The notes below the pieces were generated by a model that had not been told where the DNA came from, ran no database searches, and saw only the letters and a program-made list of their open reading frames with translations. Below are positions 15,101 through 27,900 of a DNA stretch of 64,000 nucleotides, in pieces. The stretch spans positions 62,001 through 126,000 of the forward strand of contig JAWMAR010002012.1 in NCBI GenBank assembly GCA_036785375.1. Reading direction: 5' to 3'. The position numbers and the translations under genes were made by a program. The DNA is from Leucoraja ocellata. Taxonomy: Eukaryota. Within the stretch, counting starts at the first letter, position 1, and every line of letters begins with the position of its first letter.

Positions 15101-18100
15101 CTAATGGTATTTCAATACAATACAAAACAGTACAATTTATTTGTCACCTGAACCTCATAGAGGCTCAAATGAAATGTTGTTTCTGCAGTCATACACACAA
15201 GAAAAAAAGACCCAAGACACAACACAATTTTCACAGACATCCAGCACAGCGCATCTCCTCCTTGCTGTGATGGAAGGCAAAAACGTATCTCTCCCCTGCA
15301 CTCCCCATTCCCCTCTCGATGTCAGAGTCAAAGCCCTCGGCGGGCGATGGCAATTGTCCCGCGGCTATTAACGCCGCGCCGGGCGATGCAAGGCCACGCT
15401 CGGGTCTTGTTGTTGGAGCCCCCGGCGGGCGCTAGCAAAGCCCCGCAGCCGTTCAAGCCGCGCCGGGCGATGTAAGGCCCTGCTCCAGGTACTCCTCGAC
15501 CCCGCAACTCGGGCGGGAGAAGTCGCCGTTGCGGAAGCCCCGAAAAGCGGTCTCCCAGCAGGGACCCCTGGGACCTATTCATCATATGAATAGGTGAACG
15601 ACGTATCATTTAGATCCGTTTACCCTTGCAGGAACACTTTCTGGCATTCCCACAGTTTAATCCCCTGTTTAACTTAATTTTCCCCGTAGGATTTCCAGCA
15701 CCTTATGTGTTTTTATTATTTTCAATTAGCGGCAATTTTTGAGATAAGGTAATAGCATTTGTCGATATTTGAGTTTGTCCTATTCATGATGCCGGTGCAC
15801 TGAAATAGAACAGCACATCACTTTATTTCTGATTTTCAGAGAATGTTGTGTTTCCCATGTTTGCTCTTTTGTCCCTGTCCTTTCTTATCAGTAACTTCCC
15901 TTCATTTACACCTCCTCTAGATATATCACCTGTCATTCATAATACATCATGACGCTCTTTAAGCAATCACCTATTCTTGTGATCCATGTGGGTCTTGTTG
16001 CCCACCCTGTCTTTGAAATGACCTTTCTTATATCCACCCATCTCACTTCTACGAAACGCAAAGATGCCTGATTCCTGAACATTCTCGGGTTTCACTGAAT
16101 GTCGGCGACCTGAGGTATTACATCTTTGCCTTTCTCCAACGACGTTATCTGACCTGCTATATATTTCCAGAATTTTATTTAATCAATTCTTTTTACGTAA
16201 TTATGTCCAATAATTGCAAACATATGGGTATGTAGAATATATTCACCCACGATAACTGTGAAGGGAGGCGAAAGACGGAATCCATACTTATTTTATTTAT
16301 CCATTTTAAAAGGCCAAACTCCGAAATGATACTAAAACGATTCATTATATTTTAGGTATAGCAATGGAGAGTGATTTTTCAGAAATGTTACTTAAACATT
16401 CTACACATCGCTCTCTTCGTGAAGGTCATAAAATGGTGAGCAGAATCATTTCTGTGATTATTATTTGTATACATTTCCAGAATAAAGTTGGTCTTCCCCC
16501 TCCACCAACTGCCAGATAAATAGTTGCATAGCTGAAGTAATTTACCTGCTTCGTACTGACGCATTTTCCCGTCTGTTAATACACAAGGTAATCAGGTGAA
16601 ATACAACAAATTCCCCAGCATTATATTGAGTACAAATTTGGGAATTATTCCTCAACCATTGACAATGTAATGTTTTAAATGATGTAAAAGTAGCTTGGCA
16701 CCTCCTGTCATCGTGTGGCATACTGCGTGTTTGCACATAGCGGGAACAGTCGGTCACGACGTATGTTGTAACTTCTGTGTAATACGTGCGTATACACTGC
16801 GGCCAGAATACTTACGCCATGGCCTTGTGAGAAAATTATTTTGCACTGTGACCCGCTTTAATTTTGACTTCTGCTAAACTAATATTGGCGTTGTCCACGG
16901 TAATTAAATTATATTTGTTTATTTTTTTATATTTAAGTATCGTGTCATTACATCGTCGTGAAGTACTCAGGAAGACCCATTAATGTAATAACAGGACATC
17001 GTACATGTAACAAATTCTGCATCACCTGAGGATTAAGCATCCCCCACCCCTGTTATTCCAGCATCAAAGATGCCCAACGATAACGTGTTCCGAACGAATT
17101 TAACATGTTGGAACTCTGGGTGTGTTTGCCCCTGTGAATGATCCATCTGCCTAGGTCTCGACCATGGTTGCGGCAACTAAGAAAACAAAGATTAAATACG
17201 AATTTGCGTCAATCCCAAGGAATTAAACACTGTCATTAAACGCCCACAACACCCGATGCGAACGGTGGGAGAAGTCGCGGCCAACTTGGGAAAAGCAACA
17301 GTATTCTCAGTCCTGGACGCAAATAACTAATTCTGGCGGATTGCACTAGACCATGAATCCTCCATGTTGACCACGTTCGGCACACCTTTCGGACGCTACA
17401 GATTTTTACGTGTGCCATTTGGAATAAACTCGGCTAGTGAGTTCTTCCAACGCACCACGGAGCAGTTATTTGCCGGATACCCATGTGCTATTAATGTAGG
17501 TGACATCCCAGTCGCCCGGGAGCACGAAGACCCTGCCAGAGCAATCAACCTCAAGTTTGACCCCCGAAAATGCAGGTTCCGGGCCAACGAAGTGAACTAT
17601 ATGGGTCATGTATTCACCAGCGCCGGTCTCAAACCAGACCCCATCGCTATCAACGAGCTGCCAATGGCCACGGATGTGACTGCATTACAATGGTTTTTAC
17701 ATATTCAACAACTACGGAGAAGTGAACGTCTATTGCATATAAACCTTGATGATTGAAAGTATTAGCATTTCCTACTCCTGACCTGCTTCTTGCAGCTTTC
17801 TTTTTAACGTTATGACGTCTAGAAAAGAGAGACGCGTGGATTATGCATGAGTTGGGAATATATGTTGACCACTTAGGCCGTAGATTGCTTTCCAGTCTAA
17901 TTAAACGATGACATTACAATTTCAATCACCCGTATGTATTTCACACCCTGCAAAATGTTCCCAGATTTATTCTGGGGATTTCTAATAAAACTCGTCATTC
18001 AGATGTATTACAGATGCACAGTTTCTGTATTTTGTCAGTTTCCACGAGTTTCTCACGGTTGCGTATCTGGAACTCTTGTCAGCATTTCCTAGCACCTCCT

Positions 18101-18919
18101 AACGATATCTAGGTGAACACAATCGTGATAAAAATGTCTTTCATCGTCATATAGTTTATTCTCCCTTCTACTCTACTTACGTGAAGCAGAGTAGAAGAGA
18201 CAGCTCACAATTCGAGCCAATTCACATAGTTGCTCGAGCTCCATCATAGATAACATCTGAGATGATATCCTCTAATCGTGGAACCTACCCCAGCAAAAGT
18301 CCTTTATCATACTCACCTCTGCTTCAATCTACTGTGCTCTCACGTAGAGGATTTATATGGGGGTTTTGTCATTATGCTCTCATCTGTCGCCGAATTATAT
18401 CCAACAATTGCAATTGGATGCCAGCGTACTTGAGTCTGAATCCATTAAACAAGTGAACGTGTAACCAAACTTTTACAATGCTGAGTATTATAAATGATTA
18501 CCCATCAAATCTTCTTCATTATGGTGATGTTAGAACATCATAATTCCTATATATGACGGACTATGCTCGTTACCTGAAAACAGTGTGAATGTGGTAAAAA
18601 TTCCAAAGGGAAAGTTGGATTAACAAAATTGGCATGGATGTGATTACTGAATTGTACCATGAGAAGGAAGTGGCGAGCAAATGAAAAGACCGGGGAACGT
18701 CTCCCTTTGCAGACAGAACTGCAGACAGAACATGCAGACAGAACTGCATTATATTCTGAGTGGGTTCCCGGTTGGTCCATCCACAACCACATAGAATTCA
18801 GGGATGTATAATATTTAGTGTCTAACTCGCACTGGAAAGACGTGGCCATCTGCATTAGTCATGTACAGCACTTTGTGGCAACAGTAGTTGTTTTAAAGTG
18901 CTCTATAAATAAAGTTATG

Positions 18920-18991
<72 letters not shown>

Positions 18992-21900
18992 GACAGACAT
19001 ATGTTTTTGGGTAGACACCATTAATGACAGTTAGAGCAGTGTAGGGCACTAAATCTGGACTTTACATTAATATTAAATCGTCTGTCGCATTGCAGTCAAT
19101 CTCAGTCAACATTTCATGTCACATTATTTGTAGCACTGGCTTTATTCACTTAATTAATGTTTTCTTGGCCAGTTTCCATAAACGAGATTAAAATGTTCTG
19201 GCTGTTTTGCTCTGACAATTTGTTTCGCAATTTTCCTCCGTGGACGGGTTCATGCGGAAACCGCTGGATGTTTTTGAATGTTGACTGCAAATTAAGTAAT
19301 TCGCAGCCATTTAATATTTTGGTCAAAGCTTTCAAGTCTATGACAAGGGCGGTAGGGCTGGCATTTCGGCCTAATAGTATTTCATAATATGAACTGGTGA
19401 ATGACTTTATCATTGAAATCCGTTTATCCTTCCAAGAAAGCTTTCCGACCGTTTAAACCCCTATTTAATTCAATTTCTCGTCGGATTTCCAGCATTTTAA
19501 GTCTTTTTTCTGTTTTTCAATTAACGGCAATTTTTGACATAAAGTGTATGAATTTGGCGTTATTTGAGTTTTTCCAGTTATGGTGCCAGGCGTACTGAAT
19601 TTGTCCACTACATCACGTTATTTCAAGTTTCCCGAGAATGCTCTCTTCTCCATGTTACAATCTGTTAGTTTCATTTAAGTGTGTCCGATAATAGCAAATA
19701 TGTGGGTATGTATAATATATTCACGCACGATAAATGTGAAGGACGACGAAAGACGGAATCCATAACCTTATTTTAAAAGGCTAAAATCATAGATGATAGT
19801 TAAACGATTCATTATAGTTTTGGTATACCAATGGAAAACGATTCTTTATATATGTATTGTTTTAAAAATCTGCACATCGCTCTCTTCGTGAAGGTCACAA
19901 AATGGCGAACAAATGGAATTTCTGTGATTATTAATTGCATAGATTTCCAGAACAATATTGTTCTTCCCCCTCCACTAACTATTAGATACATTGTTGTTGC
20001 GCCTGTCGTGAAATACATCGTTGAAGTAATTCACCTGTGTCGTTCTGATGCATTGGTTCGTCTGTTAATACACAGGATAAAAGATGTCAAGTGAAATACA
20101 ATAGATTTTCCTGCAGAATATTGAGAACATTTGGGAGATTTTTTACTGAATCATTTTCAATGTCAAGTTTAAAAGGATGTAAAAGTTGTTTGGCAACTCT
20201 TGTCAGCGTGTGGCATGCTACGTGTGAGCATTCGGTCACGACGTATGTTGCAACCCAATGAGTAATATGTGGTTATACACCGCGGCACGAGTTCTTGCGT
20301 CATGATCATGTGAAAACATATTTTTACTCTGTGTCTCGTTACAATGTCGCCCTTCTGCTACACAAATATTGGAGTTGCCAACGTTTACCTTATTAAATTT
20401 GTATATTTGTATATTGAATCATTATATGACCGTGAAGTACATGGTGAGACTCATTGACAAAAATAACGACGAAGCATATGCAGCAAATGCTGCAGCACCT
20501 GAGGATTAAGCTTTTACAATGGTTAATATTAAAAATGGTCCCCCATCAAAGCTTCTTATTGTGGTGATGCTAGAACAGCCTTTTTCTTCCCGTGTACCCG
20601 TGGCAACTTAATGTGACAGTGAAATTGCAATTCACATAACAATGTAATTTCGCTTATTTAAGAATAACTAATCATGAACAGATACCGATATACCAGAACC
20701 AAACACATCAGTCAACGAGAACACATATGTACAAACTCAGAATCAACAAATTTAGCCCATGGGTCGGTGAAATTTACCTGGGGGTAAATTTACCCCTGGT
20801 TGGGAACCCTTGTGTTAGAACTTCAGAATTCCTTTCTAGGACGGTCCGTGCTCGTTACCAGGAAACAGCTTGAATCTGGTTAAAACTCAAAAGGGAAGGT
20901 TGGATTGGCAAAATTGGCATGGGTATGATTACTGAATTTTCCAAGTACATGGAAGTGAAGACCAAAGAAAAAGACCAGGGAACGTCTTCCTTTGAAGTTT
21001 CAGACAGAAGTGCATTATATTCAGAGTGGTTTACCGGTTGGGCATTCCACAACCGCATGGAATTCGAGGATGTGTGACATTTAGTGTCTAACTCGCACGG
21101 GGACGACGTGACTATCTGCGTATAGACGAACATACATATGTGGGCAGATACAATTAATTACCGTTAAAACAGTGTATGGCATTGAGTTTGGAGTTTACAT
21201 TAATATAAAACAGTGTGTATCATTGCAGTCAATCTCATATAACATTTCATGACCCATTGGCGAGATTTAATAAACGAGATAAAAAAGATTTTGGTTGTAT
21301 GCTCTGACAATCTAGTGTTTCTGCTCTAACAATGTTGCCAAGTATTTACCCTACGTTGACAGGTTCAGGCGGAAACCGCTGGATATTTTTAAAAGAAGGG
21401 TGACTGCAAATGAAGCAAATTTCAGCCTTTTTATTTGGTCAATACTTTCAAGCTATGACACAGGAGTAGAGGATTATAGGGCTCTTTGCTGGCATCTAAG
21501 GACTGGCGTTTCGGCATAATGAAATGTCATGATGTGAACGGTTGATTTACATAATCATTTACATCCATTTGTCTTTACAATAAAAGCTTTCTTGCTTTCA
21601 GGCCGTTCAATCTATGGTATAATTTAATTCCCTCCGTCGGATTTCCAGCAATTTAGGCATTTTTCTGCTTCTCAATTAACAGCAATTTTTGACATGGGGC
21701 AATTGCATTTGGCGATATTTGACTGATTACGGTCATAGTGCCCGCCGGACTGAATTAGACAAGCACATAACTATTTCCGATTTCTAGAGAATGCTGTCTG
21801 ATCCATGTCACAATTGCAGAGTTTGCTTGCTTTTTTGACCCTGTCCTTTTAAGAAAAATCAATATACTCCCTCAATTTACACCTGCTCCAAATATTTTAC

Positions 21901-24900
21901 CTGCCATTCACAATACATCATGACGCATTTTCAGCAAACACATATTCTTGTGATCCATGTGATCTTGTTGGCCATCCTGTCTTTGAAATGTCCTTTGTTA
22001 TATCCACCCACCTCACTTCTACGAAACTCCTGCACATTCTTGGGTTTCATGGAAAGTCATTGAGCTGACATATTACATCTTTGCCTTTCTCCAAATTCGC
22101 TGTCTGGCCTGCTATGTTTTTCCAGAATTGTATTCAATCTATTCGGAAGTGTGTCCAATAACTGCAAACATATGGAAACGTACAATATATTCACCCACGA
22201 TAACTGCGAAGTGCAACGAAAGTTGGAATCCATAATCTTATTTTAAAAAGGCTAAATTCATAGATGATCGTAAAACGATTTATTATATTTTTGGTGTACC
22301 AATGAAAACTTATTCTTTATACATGCTGCTTTAAAATTCCACGCATCACTCTCGTCGTGGAGGTCACAAAATGGTGAACAGTGTAATTTCCGGGATTATT
22401 ATTTGTCTAAAATTCCCGAATATTTTGGTGTTACCACTCCAGTTGTTAGATAAATAGTTGAGGCCTATCGTGAAATACGTCACTGAAGTAATTTACCTGT
22501 TTCGTTTTGATGTATGTTTCCCCCTGTCAATACACAGGTAACAGGATATAAGGTGCAAGGCAATAGATTCTCCTGCAGAATATGGAGTACAGTTGGGAGA
22601 ACTTTTACTCAATCATTTTCAATGCAAAGTTCAAAAGGATGTAAAAGTTGCTTGCCAACTCTTGTCAGCACATGGCATGCTACGTGATTGCACATAGCGT
22701 GAGCAGTCGGTCACGGCGTATGTTGCAAGCTAATGTGTAATATGTGCTTTACAATGCGGCAAGAATACTTGCGCCATGAGTACGTCAGAACATAATTTTA
22801 CTCTCTGTCTCCTTTCAATTTTGCCATTCTGTTACACTAATATTGGAGTTGTCAACGGTAACAGTTACATTTGTTTATTTTTTATGTTTAAGTGTATCCT
22901 TACATGGTCGTGAAGCACACGGGGAAACCCAATAATATAATATAATGACAAGGCAAATGTAACAAATTCTGCAGCATCTGAGGATTAAGCACCCTCACCA
23001 CTGTTATTCCAGCTTCAAAGATGCCTTTAGTTACATCCCTCGCAGTTACCTTTTGAAACCAGAACAGCTGGCATCTTTTTCAACATAGACTGCGGCACCT
23101 CCAGCGACGAGGACTGCACAGAACCGATTCTGTGACACAGGGGACTTACTCCGGGATTGTTTGCAGTCGGTAGAATGACGATATGCAAGGAGTCGATATA
23201 GAACATGAATGAATACGCCATGGTTGTTACCGACTCCGCAACGAACTGCGCTGGATGAAGTGTGGAAGTTGGAAGACGCAGAACTACGCAGTTTGGCTCC
23301 AGAGGATATATCTCCACCTGTGACTCGGATGTATTCCATACTATGTCAATTAAATGACCGAATGGAACTGAAGCGATTATATTTGCAGAACGAAAAGTAA
23401 TACTTGTTTTTACATATCCAACAACCACGGAGAAGCGAACCTGTTTCTTGCAGCTTTCTTTTCAACGTTGTGATTTCTAAAATGGAAGAACGTGTGGATT
23501 ATGAATGAATTAGGAATATATGGTGACCGCTAAGGGCGTAGATTGCTTGCCAACCTAATTAAACGATGCTATTTCAATTTCAATTACCCGTATATATTTC
23601 ACACCCAACACAATTTTCCCAGTTTTATTCTGGGGATATCTAATAAATCTTGTTATCCAGATGTATTACAGATGCACAGTTACTGCATTTTGACAGTTTT
23701 CATGTGTTTCTCACGGGGGCGTATCTGGAACTCTGGTCAGCATTTCTTGGCAGCTCCTAACTCTATCTACGCGAACACAACCGTAAGCAACCGTAGCTAT
23801 GGGCACCCTACAAATCCAAAGCGTAGCAAAGGGCACCCTCCAAATCCAAGGCATAGCCACCATATTGCCACCCTACCTACGTCCAAGACACCTCACTCGC
23901 AGTTCGTCTCCTCCATGACTTCCGTTTTCCTGTTCGCCACTCCCTCATCATTACCATGGATGGCCAGTCACTCTACTCCTCGATCCCCCATCAGGAGGGT
24001 CTTAACGCCCTCCCTTTCTTCTTCGACCGCAGAACCAACCAATCCCCGTCTACAAATACACTCTTCCACCTAGCGGAGCTGGTCTTTACAACTGTTCCTT
24101 TGACTCCTCCCATTTCCCAACTGTTCCTTTGTCTCTCCCATATCTTCCAAACCCAAGGCGTACCAATGGGCGCGCGCATGGGCGCCATCTATGCCTGCGT
24201 CTTTGTAGGATACGTCGAACAATCCTTGTTCGAGGATTACCGTGGCCTTATCCCCGAACTCGACCGCTACATTGACGACTGCATTGGTGCAACCTCCTGC
24301 ACCCATACAGATCTCACTGACTTCATCCATTTCACCATTAACTTCCATCCGACACTCAAATTCACCTAGACCATTTACGACATATCCCTACCGTTTGTAG
24401 ACCTCACTATCCCCATTGCATGTAACAGACTACTGACCGACATCTACTACAAACCCACTGATTCCCATGTCTATCAGGACTACACTTCCTCCCACCCTGC
24501 TTCCTGTGAGGACTCTTATCTTATCCCCTACTCCCAGCTCCTCCGTCTACGCCGCATCTCCACCCAGGATGAAGTCTTCCAAACCAGGGCATCGGATATA
24601 TGCTCATTCTTTAGAGAACGGGGGATCCACTCTTCGACTATAGATGAGGATCTCAACGGGGTCTCCTCTATGTCCCGTAGCTCAGCTCTCACCCCCCCCC
24701 CCCCCACCCCCCACTTCGGATTTCTAGCATTTTAAGTGTTTATCTGCTTTTCAATTAACTGCAATTTTTGACATGAAGTATATGAATTTGGCGTTATTTG
24801 AGTTTTCCCACTCATGATGCCAGTAATACTGACTTTGCCCACTACATCACTTTATTTCAGGTTTCCAGAGAATGCTCTCTTCTCCATGTTACAATTGTAG

Positions 24901-27900
24901 AGTTTTGTTTGCTCTTTTGTCCGTGTGTTTTTTTCTCAGCAACCTCCGTTCATTTATATATCCTCCAAATACATCATCTGTCATCCACAATACATCATGG
25001 CCATTCAGTGATCAACTATTCTTAGAAACTATTCTTAAATTCTTAAAAAATCCTCAAAAATGGAAAGATACGTGGATTATCAATGAATTGGGAACATATG
25101 ACGTAGATTGCCTTTCTTCCAAATTAAACAATGAACTAGAGCTAAATTTCAATTACCCGTATATATTCCACACCGAACGAAATGTCCCTAGTTTTATTCT
25201 GGGGATATCTAATAAAACACACATTTGACTAATTCCGCTCATTGTGCCCGCCGGACTGAATTAGCCCAGCACATCACTTTATTTCCGATTTCCAGAGAAT
25301 GCTGTCTGATCCATGTCACAATTGTAGAGTTTGCTTGCTCTTTTGTCCCTGTCCTTTTTTCCTCGGTAATCTCCCTTCATTTACACCTGCTCCAAATACT
25401 TTACCTGCCATTCACAATACACCATGACGCACTTTCAGCAATCACCTATTCTTGGGATCCATGTGTTCTTGTTGGCCATCCTGTCTTTGAAATTGGCTTT
25501 GTTATATCGACCCCTCTCACTTCTACGAAACGCCTGCACATTCTCGGGTTTCATTGAAAGTCATCGACCTGAAATATTACATCTTTGCCTTTCTCCAAAG
25601 ACGCTGTCTGACCTGCTATGTTTTTCCGGAATTTTATTCAATCTATTCTTTTTTTTGAAGTGTGTCCAATAATTACAAATGGAAATGGAGAATATATTCA
25701 CCCACGAAAACTGTGAAGGGCAACGAAAGATGGAATCCATAATCTTAAGGCTAAAATCATAGATGATCGTAAAACGATTCAATATACATTTTGTATACAA
25801 ATAAAGAATGATTCTTCATAACATGCTGCTTTAAAATTCTACTCAACACTCTTGTCGTCACAAAATGGTGAACAGTGCAATTTCTGAGATTATTATTTGT
25901 CTAGATTTCCCGAATAATGTTGTCAGAGTAATAGTTGTTGCGCCTGTCGTGAAATTCATCGCTGAAGTACTTTACCTGCTTCACGTTGACGCATTATTTC
26001 GTCTGTTAATACACAGGTAACAGGATATAAGGTACAATACAATAGATTCCCTTGCAGAATATGGAGTGCATTTGGGAGAAATTTTACTCAATAATTTTCA
26101 ATGTAAAGTTCAAAAAGATATAAAAGATGCTTGGCAACTCTTGTCAGCACGTGGCATGCTACGTGATTGCACATAGCGTGAGCAGCTGGTCACGACGTAT
26201 GTTGCAAGCTAATGTGTAATATGTGCTTATACGATGCGGCAAGAATACTTGCGCCATGATCACGTGAGAAAATAATTTTACTCTGTATCTCGTATCAATG
26301 TTGGCATTCTCTACACTAATATTGGAGTTGTCAACGATAACTTCGTTACCTTTATCTATTTTGTATGTATAAGTATATCATTACATGGCCGTGAAGTACA
26401 CGGGGTGACACATTAATATAATAATATGAAGAGGCATATGTAACAAATTCTGCGGCATCTGAGGATTAAGTGCCCTCCACCACGGTTATTCCAGCTTCAA
26501 AGATGCCTCTAGTTGCATCCCTCTCATTTTCCTTTTGAAACCTTAACAGCTGGCATATTTTTGAATACAGACTGCGGCACCTCCAGCGATGAGGACTGCA
26601 CAGAACTGGTACTGTGAGAGAGGGGAATTACTCTGGGATTGTTTGCATTCGGTGGAATGACGATATGCAAGGACTCGATAAAGAACCTGAGTGAATACGT
26701 CACGCTCGTTACCGACCCCGGAAGGAACTGCGCGGGACGAAATGCGGAAGTTTGAAGAGGCAGAAATACAGATTGTCTTCGGAGGATATTACCCCATCCA
26801 CGACTCGGATATATTTCATAAAAATTCACTTGAATGACCGAAGGGAGCTGAAGCGTTCACTTTTGCAGAACGAAAAGCAATACTTGTTTGTTCACATCCA
26901 ACAACGACGCAGAAGTGAACTTCTGTTGTAGATCTACCTTGATGATTGAAAGTATCAGTATTTTATTCTCCTGACCTGTTTCTTCAAGCCTTTCTTTCAG
27001 CTTTGCGATATCTAAAATGGAAAGTGGATTGGGAATGAATTGGATACTTATGAATACCACATGCCGTGGCTTGTTTTCTGCCTAATTAACCAATGCAGTG
27101 TGGTTCCATTTCAATTACCCGTATATATTCCATTCTGGGGATATCTAACAAAACTCGTAATTCAGAAGTATTATGGAGCACAGCCTCTGTATTTTAGTAG
27201 TTTCCATGTGATTCTCAGGAGGGCGCGTCGCGAACACTTCTCGGCATTTCCCGCCACCTCCCACTCTATCTGAGTGAACACACTCAAGCAAAAACAATGT
27301 TATTGTTGTCTTGTTTATGGTCCCTTGTTCTCTGATTCACGCAATGACACGAGTCAATGCTCACAGTTGCTCCATCCCCAATCGAAAATAACATCTGAGA
27401 TACTTTTGGGATTGACAAAATTGGCATGGATGTGTTTATTGAATTATTCAATTGGAAGGAAGTGGATAGATTTCCAGGATAATGTTGCTCTTCCCCCTCC
27501 ACCAACTGTCAGATAAATAGTTGAAGCAATTTACCTGCTTCTTTCTGATGCATGCTTCCGTCTGTTATTACACAAGGTAACAGGGTATCAAGTGAATACA
27601 ATAAATTCCACAGCAAAATATTGGGTACATTCTGGAATTTTTTTACTGAATCAATTTCAACGTAAAGTTTAAAAGGATGTAAAATTTGCTTGCCAGCCTG
27701 TTTTGTCAGCCTGCTGCATGCGAGAGAGAAGGTGAACAGCGTGCAGTAGTTGTGCACGTAGGCACAAACGACATCGTGAAGAAGATAAAGGAGGTTCTCT
27801 AACGTGACTTCAGAGAGTTGGGAAGAAGACTGAAATGCCTGATTTCTCGGGTGGTTATCTCTGGATTGCTTCCAGTACCTCGTGCTAGTGAGGACAGGGC

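Noticed and set aside
18818-19024. Poly-Ile ORF resembling a TM peptide
   Set aside because: (ATT)n microsatellite tail of a LINE.
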